DNA from: an uncultured cyanobacterium
Lineage (GTDB): Bacteria > Cyanobacteriota > Cyanobacteriia > Cyanobacteriales > CAWCAG01
Reading direction: 5' to 3'
DNA: 64,000 nucleotides
Assembly: GCA_963803805.1 (NCBI GenBank)
Contig: CAWDOD010000004.1
Span: 416,001 to 480,000, forward strand
This document shows positions 32,496 through 43,089 of the stretch, in pieces; the first letter of the stretch is position 1, and each line of letters begins with the position of its first letter. The translations under genes and the position numbers were made by a program. The notes under the pieces were generated by a model. That model did not search any database and had not been told where the DNA came from. It saw only the letters and a list, made by a program, of their open reading frames with translations.

Positions 32496-35400
32496 ATGTT
32501 TAGCCCTAACCTCACTCTCAAGCAATTCATCAAGCAAGTTCCTAAATGCGACTCCTCAACAAACTTAGAACAGTTGTTGGCTATATTTAATGATTCCCAA
32601 GCCCAAATAGTCGCAGTTGTAGATCAACAGCAATCCTTGCTGGGAACCTTACAGTTAAAAAGTTTAATCCCCTATCTACTTCAACGACTCCTACCCCAAA
32701 ATCTCAACTCTCAAAAAATATTTAACCTTAGTCAATTGCCAATTAGCTCATTAATCAAGTCAACCATTCTTCTCAAAGGGGAGATGAGTGTTGAGGCATT
32801 TTGGTTATATTTACAAACTCATAAAGGCAACTCAAAAGAGCATTGCAACTACGCCCTAGTAGATGAAGAAGAACGATTTCTAGGCTTTTTGGATAGCTGG
32901 TTACTAGTAAAATCTTTATTACCCCTAGCTATTCAAAATCCAGAACCATTCACCACAGCACCAATTAACATAACTCAAGCAATCAAACTCTTAGAACAAC
33001 TACCTCTTCCTTTGATGCTAGAAAGTCCTGAAGGGGAAGTACTCAGCCAAAATTATACCTGGCGATCGCAAATTGGTGAACAGCATAATCAAGAATTAGT
33101 TAGACCGATGGCTAGTATGAGCGCTATTTCTGCTCCAACTTTAGATCATCGTAGTCCATTAGCAGTGGGAACTGCGGTTAATCGTTGGTGCAGCTTAGCT
33201 CAAAATCAAGAAGATTCTTTAGAACAACAAAATACTCCTTCCCACCTAGCTTTTCAAATTGCCAACGAACAAAGATTAGAGGAAAGAGACTGCCAAGTAC
33301 AAGATCACTTTAATAATCGGGAAAATTTCTCTTCTTATTCCAGAGTCACTAGAACTAAAACAGAAGGTGCTTGGCAGTTTGATCGTCTCCCCTTTTACCT
33401 TCATGATCTTCAACAGCACAATAATACTTTAAACTACAGCAGATACAATCATCCTCTGTGGTTAGTAGTTGCTACGGATGTCACTGAACAGCAACAACTT
33501 TGTAAAGAACTAGCTGCAAAAAACGCCGATTTAATTCAGCTTAATCGTTTAAAAGATGAATTTTTAGCTTGTATCAGCCACGAACTAAAATCTCCCCTCA
33601 CTGCTGTAGTTGGACTCTCTAGTTTGCTTAAAGAGCAGCGCTTAGGAGAACTAAATCAGCGCCAAGCCCGTTATGCCGGCTTAGTTTACCAAAGTGGTCG
33701 TCATCTGATGACCTTAGTAAATGATATCCTAGACTTAACTCGCTTAGAAACAGGACAGTTAAAATTAAATCCTGATGTTGTCAAAATTAGAACCGTTTGC
33801 GAACGAGCTTATCAACAAGCCTTACCACAACAATCCACAGAAAACAGCCAAGACAATTCCCAGCAACATCAACCTCAATTTAACCTGGAAATTGAACAGG
33901 GCTTAGAGATGATTGTTGCTGATGAATTACGTCTGCGTCAGATGCTCAGCCATTTATTAGACAATGCTCTTAAGTTTACACAAAATGGGGGAGAATTCGG
34001 TTTAAAAGTTAGTCTCTGGGAAGGCTGGATTGCTTTTACAGTTTGGGATACAGGCATTGGCATTCCCGCCGATTCTCAACATTTAATCTTCCAAAAATTC
34101 CAGCAGTTGGAAAATCCCCTTAGCCGTCAGTTTGAAGGTACTGGCTTAGGATTAGTTCTAACTCAACGGCTAGCACACGCCCATGGGGGAGATATATCAT
34201 TTACCTCCCAACCGGGACAAGGAAGCCAATTCACCTTGCTATTGCCTCCCACCCCTCCTTCTGATAACCTTAACCAAAGCTCAGAGCAAGACTTCCCTGA
34301 TGCCAATCACAACTGCTTAGTATTAGTAATTGAAGCGGTTCCTAAATACATCGAAGACTCCACAGAGCAACTGAGAAATCTTGGTTATCGTGTCGTTATT
34401 GCTCGTTCAGGAACAGAAGCTCTAGAGAAAGCTCGGCAACTACAACCTAGAGCTATTTTACTTAATCCCTTGCTACCCTTACTATCAGGCTGGGATGTTT
34501 TAACCTTACTCAAAGCTGATAGTCAAACTAAAGATATTCCAGTTTTAATAACAGCAACCAGAGCAGACAAAAAACGAGCAGAACAAAATAATGCTGACGG
34601 CTTTTTGAATCTACCCATAGCTAAACAAACTTTGAAAAAGAGTCTAGCTTGTTTAGGAGAACTACCTAACTTAGAGTTGAAAGGTTTAACTATTTTGCGG
34701 CTTAACCCTAATCCAAGTCAAGGAGACTGGATTAACTCCAGCTTTGAATCAGCCTTGAGTCGTTATTCATCTCACCTAAATTATCGTATCTTAGAAGCTG
34801 ACGATCTTGAACAAGCAGAAATAATCGCCCGAGTCTGGAAACCTGATGTTATGCTCCTTGATGGTGTAGAACTAGAAAATCCCTATAATTACTTACAAAG
34901 TCTCAGCCAGTATAGCTACATCGCCTCTCTGCCTTTGGTTACTCTAGATCATAAAAATACCCAGGCAGCGAACCAAATTCCAGGCTTATCAGTATTTCCC
35001 TGTTTGGTTCCTTTCCAAGAACAAAATATTCCTGCCTTAATCCAAGTTATCCAAGTAGCAGCAGGAATGAATCCTCAACAGAATATTTTGGTGTTCGGAG
35101 AGTGGGGTAGAGAAGGTTTGGCTGAACGTCTTAATTTACAACTTTCTGTCTCAGGGAGTAGTGATGGTGAGTGGTTGCAAGCATTAACTCATTACCTACA
35201 AACTGCAGGGTTGAAAACCTCTCTTTCTCATTCCTGGACGGAAGTAGAAAGTCAAATCGAACACCAAAGTATTAGCCTGCTGCTACTTTATTTAGAAAAT
35301 GTTACCCTTAGCCCTAGTTTAGTAGCAGGGTTAAAAAGATTAGCTACTCAGGAAATAAAGCCTCAAATTCTCCTTTTAGACTGTCGCTATCAAGAACAAG

Positions 35401-35552
35401 ACCTGAAATCTGTAGATTCACAACTAGAATCTTTACTAGAAAGTGTAGCAACAAAAATTATTCGAGGTCGCTCTCAACCCACAAGCAAGTTACTTGAACA
35501 AATTAATCAAATGTTTGGAGAATGGTCGCCAGTAGAAAGCAAGATAACCTGA
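32496..35552 (+). CDS. Hybrid sensor histidine kinase (CBS-like N-terminus, HisKA, HATPase, receiver-like domains)
   Basis: FLACISHELKSPL, LLDNALKFT, DTGIGI, GTGLGL; receiver-like C-terminal repeats. Confidence 0.9.
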   Translation: MFSPNLTLKQFIKQVPKCDSSTNLEQLLAIFNDSQAQIVAVVDQQQSLLGTLQLKSLIPYLLQRLLPQNLNSQKIFNLSQLPISSLIKSTILLKGEMSVEAFWLYLQTHKGNSKEHCNYALVDEEERFLGFLDSWLLVKSLLPLAIQNPEPFTTAPINITQAIKLLEQLPLPLMLESPEGEVLSQNYTWRSQIGEQHNQELVRPMASMSAISAPTLDHRSPLAVGTAVNRWCSLAQNQEDSLEQQNTPSHLAFQIANEQRLEERDCQVQDHFNNRENFSSYSRVTRTKTEGAWQFDRLPFYLHDLQQHNNTLNYSRYNHPLWLVVATDVTEQQQLCKELAAKNADLIQLNRLKDEFLACISHELKSPLTAVVGLSSLLKEQRLGELNQRQARYAGLVYQSGRHLMTLVNDILDLTRLETGQLKLNPDVVKIRTVCERAYQQALPQQSTENSQDNSQQHQPQFNLEIEQGLEMIVADELRLRQMLSHLLDNALKFTQNGGEFGLKVSLWEGWIAFTVWDTGIGIPADSQHLIFQKFQQLENPLSRQFEGTGLGLVLTQRLAHAHGGDISFTSQPGQGSQFTLLLPPTPPSDNLNQSSEQDFPDANHNCLVLVIEAVPKYIEDSTEQLRNLGYRVVIARSGTEALEKARQLQPRAILLNPLLPLLSGWDVLTLLKADSQTKDIPVLITATRADKKRAEQNNADGFLNLPIAKQTLKKSLACLGELPNLELKGLTILRLNPNPSQGDWINSSFESALSRYSSHLNYRILEADDLEQAEIIARVWKPDVMLLDGVELENPYNYLQSLSQYSYIASLPLVTLDHKNTQAANQIPGLSVFPCLVPFQEQNIPALIQVIQVAAGMNPQQNILVFGEWGREGLAERLNLQLSVSGSSDGEWLQALTHYLQTAGLKTSLSHSWTEVESQIEHQSISLLLLYLENVTLSPSLVAGLKRLATQEIKPQILLLDCRYQEQDLKSVDSQLESLLESVATKIIRGRSQPTSKLLEQINQMFGEWSPVESKIT

Positions 35553-35574
35553 GTTAAAATATTTCCGAGTTAGA

Positions 35575-36162
35575 ATGAGGGCGATCGCACTCAAAGTTTG
35601 GTCTTTAAGGAGGATTTGGGTAGTGGAGCATTTATGGTCGAATTTAAGTAAATCAACAGGATTTGTAGGGATTACTTTAACTACTGTTGCTATTTTAAGC
35701 TTCAATAGTAAACCCGCTACTGCCCAAGCTGCCTATGGAAGTTATGTTGGTGTCGGTCCGACTTTTGGTTTAACTGAAGCTAGTGATGGTGAAGGGGGAT
35801 CAGAAGGAAGGCAAGTTGGCGGAGTCATAGCTGTGCGCTACAAGCTACTAGAAGTGCCAATTTCTCTACGAACCCAAGCTTTAATTGGTGAAGGAGTTGC
35901 CGTTGTACCAACAGTTTCCTATGATATTCCTATCAACTGGCAAACGGACGCTTACTTAGGAGCAGGGGTTTCCTTTGCTAACGGCAGTGATCCTTCCCCG
36001 GTGGGAGATCAAACGAGTTTTGCTCTACAACCTGGTGTTGATTATGTCATTCCCAATAGCAACACAGTGGTATTTGGCAATGCTGTAATCGCTTTTGATG
36101 CCTATCGTAACGGTGGTGGTACGGCTATTTCTATACAAGGCGGCGTGGGATTGAGGTTTTAA
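35575..36162 (+). CDS. Putative outer-membrane beta-barrel protein
   Basis: Signal-like AQA, GSYVGVG, YLGAGVSF, terminal GVGLRF; start uncertain. Confidence 0.7.
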   Translation: MRAIALKVWSLRRIWVVEHLWSNLSKSTGFVGITLTTVAILSFNSKPATAQAAYGSYVGVGPTFGLTEASDGEGGSEGRQVGGVIAVRYKLLEVPISLRTQALIGEGVAVVPTVSYDIPINWQTDAYLGAGVSFANGSDPSPVGDQTSFALQPGVDYVIPNSNTVVFGNAVIAFDAYRNGGGTAISIQGGVGLRF

Positions 36163-36266
36163 TCAATAATTCAGTTATCTAATGATCAATAATGCCTATT
36201 AGTTGTATAACCTATCTGCTAGATATTGGTGTCTTATCTGAATATTTTTAATCCTTGGAATTTAGT

Positions 36267-37145
36267 ATGAATGAAAGAATTGCTTTTTTAGGATTAGGAG
36301 TTATGGGCGGCTACATGGCTGCTAACTTAGCTAAGGAAGGTTATCTGGTTAAGGGTTGGAATCGTACTCCTGATCGTCCTGGAGTTGCAATTGCTACCGA
36401 TGGTGGTGTCGAGGTTGTTTCCTCCTTGGAAGAGGCAGTTAAGGGGGCAGATGTTGTCTTTGTTTGTGTGGGAGATGTACCGGATGTTGAGGAAGTTATC
36501 TTAAGCAAGGAAGGGGTGGCCGAATATGCTGTTTCTGGTACATTGGTGGTGGATATGAGTACCATTGGTACTGAAGCTGCCAAGAGAATTGGCACAGCCC
36601 TAAAAGCAAAGGATATGCACTTTCTGGATGCCCCTGTTTCCGGAGGAGACGTGGGGGCAAAGCAAGGAGTCCTGACGATTATGGTAGGGGGAGAAGAAGA
36701 AGATTTTGTCCAATGCCAACCCTTGTTTGCAGCTATGGGTAAAAATATTCGCCTTTGTGGACCGGTAGGTAGCGGACAAGCTGTTAAAATGTGCAATCAA
36801 GTTCTTGGTGCTGTTCATATGGTGGCTTTGTGTGAAGCAATGCAACTGGCACAAAAGTTGGGTATTGACCCTAACTTAATTATAGAAGTTTGTAGTACCG
36901 GAGCCGCTAGTTCTTGGGCCCTTTCTAATTTAGGAGAGAAAATTATTCAGCAAGATTATCAACCTGGTTTTGCGATCGCACATATGCTCAAAGATTTGCG
37001 ATTAGTGAAAGAATCTGGTGCTGTAAAAGACTTACCGGGGGTAGAAATTGCGGAACGATTATTTAAAATAGTTGAGGAACTTGATGGCGATGGGGGGAAA
37101 GAACAAGGTACTCAAGCAATGATTCGAGCTTATTTAGAAACATAG
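36267..37145 (+). CDS. NAD(P)-dependent beta-hydroxyacid dehydrogenase (3-hydroxyisobutyrate/tartronate semialdehyde reductase family)
   Basis: FLGLGVMG, DAPVSGG, GSGQAVKMCNQ, KDL. Confidence 0.9.
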   Translation: MNERIAFLGLGVMGGYMAANLAKEGYLVKGWNRTPDRPGVAIATDGGVEVVSSLEEAVKGADVVFVCVGDVPDVEEVILSKEGVAEYAVSGTLVVDMSTIGTEAAKRIGTALKAKDMHFLDAPVSGGDVGAKQGVLTIMVGGEEEDFVQCQPLFAAMGKNIRLCGPVGSGQAVKMCNQVLGAVHMVALCEAMQLAQKLGIDPNLIIEVCSTGAASSWALSNLGEKIIQQDYQPGFAIAHMLKDLRLVKESGAVKDLPGVEIAERLFKIVEELDGDGGKEQGTQAMIRAYLET

Positions 37146-37291
37146 ATGAACCAACAAAAATATCTCTACTTTTTTATTATTTTTTATCTATAAAATAGTA
37201 GCAAAAAAATCAAGAATCACTCTGGATTTTGCTCTAACAATTTAATGTAGTTAGCACTATACTAAGTTAGCTACGTAATAACAAGTAACCT

Positions 37292-37900
37292 ATGGATATA
37301 CCTGTTAAATCAAGCTACTTGCTGATTCAAGATGCGAATATTCATTATCTCGAAGCAGGGAAAATTGATGCTCCTAGTGTTGTTTTCCTTCATGGAGCCA
37401 CTTTTAATGCCCAAACTTGGCAAGAAATTGGTAGTTTAGAAATCTTGGCTAAACAAGGTTATAGAGCGATCGCCGTAGATTTACCTGGTTGTGGCAACTC
37501 AGAAAGCCTTTCTACAGGATCTTTACAGGAATTTATTCCAGAGTTTTTTGCCAAACTTAGTCTTGATTTGCCAGTTTTAGTAGCCCCTTCTATGAGTGGC
37601 GGTTACAGTCTCCCTTTCATTGTCAAACATCAAGAGAAATTAAGAGGTTTTGTACCTATTGCTACAGTAGGAATCTCTCGACTAGCTGAACAATTAAAAA
37701 AGGTTACCACTCCTACTTTAGTCATTTGGGGCAACCAAGACCCGCTCATTCCCCCCACCCAAGCAGATGTTTTGGTAGGAATAATGCCCAATGCCCAAAA
37801 AGTAATTTTAGAAGATTCTGGTCATGCTTGCTATTTAAGCGCTACTGAGCAATTTCATGAATATTTAATGAACTTTGTAGCTAGTTGTACGTCTATATAA
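37292..37900 (+). CDS. Alpha/beta hydrolase (ABHD14-like)
   Basis: FLHGA, DLPGCG, APSMSG nucleophile motif, WGNQD, GHACY. Confidence 0.85.
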   Translation: MDIPVKSSYLLIQDANIHYLEAGKIDAPSVVFLHGATFNAQTWQEIGSLEILAKQGYRAIAVDLPGCGNSESLSTGSLQEFIPEFFAKLSLDLPVLVAPSMSGGYSLPFIVKHQEKLRGFVPIATVGISRLAEQLKKVTTPTLVIWGNQDPLIPPTQADVLVGIMPNAQKVILEDSGHACYLSATEQFHEYLMNFVASCTSI

Positions 37901-38119
37901 ATCAATCAGTAATTGCTAGTAGGTGCTAATTCCTGCAATTAAAATCTGCTCTTTGGAACCAATTAAATAAAATAATAACCAGAAAGTATCTGGAGTAAAT
38001 TTGCTATGATAACAGCCATTAAGCTAGGGTATTTCTGGCAAGAAATTATCTTCAACTTAAGTGAAAAGCAAATCTCCTTACCCTAGCCAGTCAAATAATT
38101 AACTTCAAAAATATCTTTT

Positions 38120-39748
38120 ATGAAAGTTTTACTTCTTTACCCTTTATTTCCCAAAAGTTTCTGGTCTTTTGAAAAAACCCTAGAGTTACTAGGCCATAAA
38201 GCTATGCTTCCCCCTTTAGGGTTAATAACCGTAGCTGCTATCCTACCCCAAGAATGGGAATTTAGGTTAGTTGACCGCAATGTGGGGGATGTTACTGAAG
38301 CTGATTGGGAATGGGCAGATTTAGTTATCCTTTCGGCAATGATCGTCCAGAAAGAAGATTTACTAAACCAAGTTAAAGAAGCAAAAAGAAGAAATAAAAA
38401 AGTAGCAGCAGGAGGCCCCTATGTTACGGCTTTATCAGAGGAAGTAAAAGCAGCAGGGGCTGACTATCTTATTTTAGATGAAGGGGAAATTACCATGCCC
38501 CTTTTTGTTGAAGCTTTAGCTAGGGGAGAAACATCAGGAACATTTAGTTCTGAAGGTGTCAAACCTGATGTTACCAGCACTCCTGTTCCTTTGTTTGAAT
38601 TATTAGATTTTGATGCCTATTCAGAAATGGCTGTACAGTTTTCCCGTGGCTGCCCTTTCCAATGTGAATTTTGCGATATCATTGTTCTCTACGGTCGCAA
38701 ACCCCGCACCAAAGCACCAAAACAGTTGATTGCTGAGTTAGAAAGACTCTACGAACTAGGCTGGCGACGCAGCATTTTCATGGTGGATGATAATTTCATT
38801 GGTAATAAGCGCAACGTGAAATTATTACTCAAAGAATTGCAACCCTGGATGGCAGAAAAAGGCTACCCCTTCACCTTCGCCACAGAAGCTTCTGTGGATT
38901 TAGCTAATGATCAAGAATTAATGGATCTTATGGCTGCTTGCAACTTTGGGGCAGTTTTCTTAGGGATTGAAACCCCCGACGAAGGCAGTTTAGCTGTCAC
39001 AAAGAAATTCCAAAATACCAGAGATCCCCTTACTGAGTCGGTGGAAAAAATCATCCATTCTGGTTTACGAGTTATGGCGGGATTTATCATCGGTTTTGAT
39101 GGAGAAAAAACTGGGGCAGGCGATCGCATTGTGAGGTTTGTAGAAAAAACCACCATCCCCACGGCAATTTTCAGTATGCTACAAGCCCTGCCTGATACGG
39201 CACTGTCACACCGCCTCAAAAAAGAAGGAAGGCTACGGGAAGAATCAGCGAATATTAACCAGACTACCTTAATGAACTTTGTTCCCACCCGTCCCTTAGA
39301 AGAAATTACTGGGGAATATATACAAGCATTCTGGGATTTATACGAACCAAAACGCTTTTTAGAAAGGACTTATCGCCACTATCGCCTGTTAGGAGAAGCA
39401 CCTTGTCATAACCAAGCCCGTCCTAAAAGAAAGAAAAGTTCCGGGGGACAAAAGCGTCCTATCGGAATGCTAATTAAAGCAATGTTGACGATCTTCTGGC
39501 GACAGGGAGTAGTAAGGGATACTCGTTGGCAATTTTGGCCTTATTTATTTAGTATGCTGAAGCATAACCGCCGAGGCATCGGCAGCTATTTAGGAGTTTG
39601 CGCCCAAATTGAGCATTTTCTGGAATATCGCCAAATTGTTAAAGAGCAAATTGAAGCCCAGTTAGCTATATTTTTAGCAGAAGAAGAGAAGTTGCAAGCT
39701 AAGTTAGCCCAACAAGAAAAAGAAGAAAGCTTAAAAGTGACTGCTTGA
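38120..39748 (+). CDS. B12-binding radical SAM protein (DUF4070-type)
   Basis: PPLGL, GGPY, RGCPFQCEFC. Confidence 0.9.
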   Translation: MKVLLLYPLFPKSFWSFEKTLELLGHKAMLPPLGLITVAAILPQEWEFRLVDRNVGDVTEADWEWADLVILSAMIVQKEDLLNQVKEAKRRNKKVAAGGPYVTALSEEVKAAGADYLILDEGEITMPLFVEALARGETSGTFSSEGVKPDVTSTPVPLFELLDFDAYSEMAVQFSRGCPFQCEFCDIIVLYGRKPRTKAPKQLIAELERLYELGWRRSIFMVDDNFIGNKRNVKLLLKELQPWMAEKGYPFTFATEASVDLANDQELMDLMAACNFGAVFLGIETPDEGSLAVTKKFQNTRDPLTESVEKIIHSGLRVMAGFIIGFDGEKTGAGDRIVRFVEKTTIPTAIFSMLQALPDTALSHRLKKEGRLREESANINQTTLMNFVPTRPLEEITGEYIQAFWDLYEPKRFLERTYRHYRLLGEAPCHNQARPKRKKSSGGQKRPIGMLIKAMLTIFWRQGVVRDTRWQFWPYLFSMLKHNRRGIGSYLGVCAQIEHFLEYRQIVKEQIEAQLAIFLAEEEKLQAKLAQQEKEESLKVTA

Positions 39749-39780
39749 TTTTCAAAGGCTAATAGCTAATTGTCTTACTT

Positions 39781-39826
39781 TTCCATCTCTCTAGCTTATA
39801 AAACCGCTAGGTGAGATGGATATTTT
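39781..39826 (+). terminator. Putative terminator hairpin
   Basis: TCCATCTCTCTAGC...GCTAGGTGAGATGGA followed by a T-rich tract. Confidence 0.55.
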
Positions 39827-40085
39827 GTTAGGATTATGTTCAGTAATTAGGGACAGAAAGGCAATATTTTAGGATGCTTTGTGTGATGAAATGCTATTCC
39901 TTGCCCCCTTAACCGTCAATTTTCAATTATACAGACCACTAGCTTGCACTTAAGTTTTTGACATCCTCTATAGGGATAAATCTAGAGTTATAAACAAGGT
40001 TATTTAGAATCTCTAGAGACAGATGTACTAGGACAAAGCATTTAATTAAGCTAACGAAGTATCATTAAAATGCCTTGAACCTATC

Positions 40086-41600
40086 ATGACCTCTTTACCT
40101 GGAAAACCAGCTTCTTTTTGGATTGATTCTACTCTAGAAACTAATTATCCCACCTTAATTAATGATGTTACTGTTGATGTGGCTATTGTGGGAGGTGGGA
40201 TTGCTGGTATAACCGCAGCAATGCTTCTTAAAAATGCTGGTAAAAGCGTTGCAGTTGTGGAAGCCAAAAGTATTGCTACAGGAGTTAGCGGACATACTAC
40301 AGCGAAAGTTACCTCTTTGCATCAACTAATTTATGCTGACTTAATTAAAGAGTTTGGTGAAGATAAAGCGAGGATTTATGCTGAGTCTAACCAAGCAGGG
40401 GTTGAACAAGTAGCGGATTTGGTTGCCCAAGAAGGAATTGATTGTGACTTTAGTCGCCAGAGTACCTATACCTTTGCAGACTCTGCTAAACATCTTGACA
40501 AAATTGAAGCTGAATGTGAAGCTGCCCTGAAAGTTGGCTTGCCTGCTTCTTTTGTGACAGAAACTTCCTTACCCTTTGCAATTGCTGGGGCAGTTAAAGT
40601 AGATAATCAAGCCCAGTTCCATGTTCGCAAGTATCTACTCCACCTAGCTGATAAAATCGCTGGGGAGGGTAGTTATGTTTTTGAGAATTCGAGGGTAGAA
40701 AAGATTGAAGAAGGTACGCCTTGTGAGGTAATTACAAGTCAAGGGAAGGTAAAAGCCCAAGATGTTATTGTCGCTACCAACTTACCCATCCTTGATCAAG
40801 GGTTATTCTTTGCTAAATCCTATCCTAAACGTTCCTACATTATTGGTGCAGCTATTGACCCAGAAAAAGCACCGGAAGGGATGTTTATTGGCGTAGGGGA
40901 TGACTATCATTCCATTCGCACCACCCCTTACCAAGGAGGCAAACTCTTACTCATTGGTGGTGGTGGACATAAGGTTGGGGCTATTTCCAATACAGAAGAA
41001 AAGTACCTTGCTTTAGAAGCATATGGACGTTCTCAGTTTGGCATCGATAATTTTGATTATCGCTGGTCTAGTCAGGATATGGTTTCTTTTGATAAGTTAC
41101 CTTACATTGGTAAACTAACCCCAGCTAACAAGCATATCTATGTGGCCACAGGGTTTAGTCTTTGGGGTATGAGTAAAGGTACAATGGCAGGAATGCTGCT
41201 GAAAGATTTAGTTTTAGGGCAAGAAAACTCTTGGGCTGATCTTTACGAAGCCACCCGTGCAACTCCTTTTGTGACTAAGGAGTCTTTGAAGAACAATGCT
41301 GAGGTAGGATTAAATTGGATTGGCGATCGCTTAAAAGCCTTGAAAAATCCTTCCTTAGCTGATGTTGGTGTGGGTGAAGGTAAAATTGTTCTTGTGGATA
41401 AAGAACCTACGGCGGTTTATAAAGACGAACAAGGAAAAATCCATGCTGTTTCTCCCGTTTGTACTCATTTAGCTTGTATCGTTAATTGGAATAGTGCCGA
41501 GAAGAGTTGGGATTGCCCCTGTCATGGGGCGCGTTTTACTTGCGAAGGTCAAGTAATTCAAGGGCCAGCAATTAAAAATTTGGAGAAGAAAGTTATTTAG
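40086..41600 (+). CDS. FAD-dependent oxidoreductase with C-terminal Rieske domain (YhfW-like)
   Basis: GGGIAG, GHTTAK, CTHLAC...WDCPCHG. Confidence 0.92.
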   Translation: MTSLPGKPASFWIDSTLETNYPTLINDVTVDVAIVGGGIAGITAAMLLKNAGKSVAVVEAKSIATGVSGHTTAKVTSLHQLIYADLIKEFGEDKARIYAESNQAGVEQVADLVAQEGIDCDFSRQSTYTFADSAKHLDKIEAECEAALKVGLPASFVTETSLPFAIAGAVKVDNQAQFHVRKYLLHLADKIAGEGSYVFENSRVEKIEEGTPCEVITSQGKVKAQDVIVATNLPILDQGLFFAKSYPKRSYIIGAAIDPEKAPEGMFIGVGDDYHSIRTTPYQGGKLLLIGGGGHKVGAISNTEEKYLALEAYGRSQFGIDNFDYRWSSQDMVSFDKLPYIGKLTPANKHIYVATGFSLWGMSKGTMAGMLLKDLVLGQENSWADLYEATRATPFVTKESLKNNAEVGLNWIGDRLKALKNPSLADVGVGEGKIVLVDKEPTAVYKDEQGKIHAVSPVCTHLACIVNWNSAEKSWDCPCHGARFTCEGQVIQGPAIKNLEKKVI

Positions 41601-41695
41601 CTTTGTTAGCAGAAAGCCTACTTTTTACCCAATCTGGCACAAAATTGAGATGCTGGATTGGGAGGGGTGTGATTGCAATTATGACTTCCCCATTC

Positions 41696-41731
41696 TTACA
41701 TCTTTAGAACGAGTTACATCTTTAGAACGAG
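41696..41731. repeat. 18-bp tandem duplication
   Basis: TTACATCTTTAGAACGAG x2, perfect. Confidence 0.9.
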
Positions 41732-41802
41732 TGCAGTAAGGAATCAAGAATGTTAAGAAGGGTAAAGAAAGTGAAATTTACCAGACTACTGCACAGAACA
41801 AA

Positions 41803-43041
41803 TTGAGACATCTAAGAGACATCCACTTAAAAAACTTACTTCTTCTGTTTAGTACAGGTCTATGCTTTTGGTTAAGCATAACTTCCTTGCTGCCTGTTCT
41901 ACCCGCTTATATTCAAGATGTAGGGGGAACACCTCAGCAAGTAGGTTTTGTTATGGGTAGTTTTGCCATTGGTTTGCTACTTAGCCGTAACCCCATGGGA
42001 AATCTTGCTGATCAACGCAGCCGTAGGCTAGTAATCTCCATTGGTACTCTAGTAGTAGCGATCGCACCTTTAGGCTACCTATTTGCTAAATCAATTCCGA
42101 TTTTAATCCTCCTACGATCATTCCACGGCATTAGTGTAGCTTCTTTCACCATTGGCTATAACACCTTGGTTGTCGCCCTGTCTCCCCCTAAACAGCGAGG
42201 GCAAACCATTGGTTATATGAGTTTAGTCATTCCCCTTGGTTTAGCATTGGGGCCAGCTTTTGGAGGATTACTACAAGAACAAGTTGGTTACGCCTCCTTA
42301 TTCCTTTTATCTTCTGGCATTGGTTGGCTGGGTTTGCTTTTATCTTGTCAAATTCATGAACCAGTTAAGGAAAACAATGCAACCAACTCTCACAAGCAGG
42401 AAACTTCCCCTCCAAATTCTTTTTGGCAAACTGTCTCCAGTCCGCGTTTAAGGGTTCCCACTACAATTCTTTTACTCATTGGTTTAGTCTTTGGTACTTT
42501 AATAACTTTTTTGCCTTTATTTATCCGTCATATTCATCTAAACCTCAACTCAGGTTGGTTTTATACTGCTGCGGCGATCGCCAGTTTTAGTGTACGCATC
42601 TATACAGGTAAAGCCTCAGATTATTATGGCAGGGGAATATTTATTACAGGTAGTTTGGTTTGCTATGCCGTTTCCATGGCAATTTTAGCTTCAGCAAATA
42701 GTTCAGTAGCTTTTATTATTGCCGCAGTATTAGAAGGGGCAGGGGCAGGAATCCTCATACCAATGACTATTGCTTTAATGTCTGATCGTTCCCTAGATGA
42801 TGAACGTGGTAGAATTTATGCTATTTGTTTAGGAGGATTTGATTTAGGTATTGCTATTGGTGGTCCAGTTTTAGGTTCTTTAGCTGAGTTTTTGGGTTAT
42901 CGAGGAATCTTTGGCATAGCCGCTATTTTAGCAAGTTTAGCCCTAATTGTTTTCCTAACTCAATCAAGCAAAAGTTTCGGTCATTCTTTACGCTTTGCTA
43001 CAGGAAAAGAGAAAGATATTTATGCCTTAAAACAATCTTAA
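41803..43041 (+). CDS. MFS transporter
   Basis: GNLADQRSRR and GKASDYYGR motif A; about 12 TM. Confidence 0.9.
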   Translation: MRHLRDIHLKNLLLLFSTGLCFWLSITSLLPVLPAYIQDVGGTPQQVGFVMGSFAIGLLLSRNPMGNLADQRSRRLVISIGTLVVAIAPLGYLFAKSIPILILLRSFHGISVASFTIGYNTLVVALSPPKQRGQTIGYMSLVIPLGLALGPAFGGLLQEQVGYASLFLLSSGIGWLGLLLSCQIHEPVKENNATNSHKQETSPPNSFWQTVSSPRLRVPTTILLLIGLVFGTLITFLPLFIRHIHLNLNSGWFYTAAAIASFSVRIYTGKASDYYGRGIFITGSLVCYAVSMAILASANSSVAFIIAAVLEGAGAGILIPMTIALMSDRSLDDERGRIYAICLGGFDLGIAIGGPVLGSLAEFLGYRGIFGIAAILASLALIVFLTQSSKSFGHSLRFATGKEKDIYALKQS

Positions 43042-43089
43042 TTTCATGGCTCATTAAATTTGGGTTTGATTTTCACAGATGTCTATTAG

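Noticed and set aside
38120-39748. B12 radical SAM as a RiPP maturase
   Set aside because: No precursor ORF found in the flanks; common stand-alone cyanobacterial family
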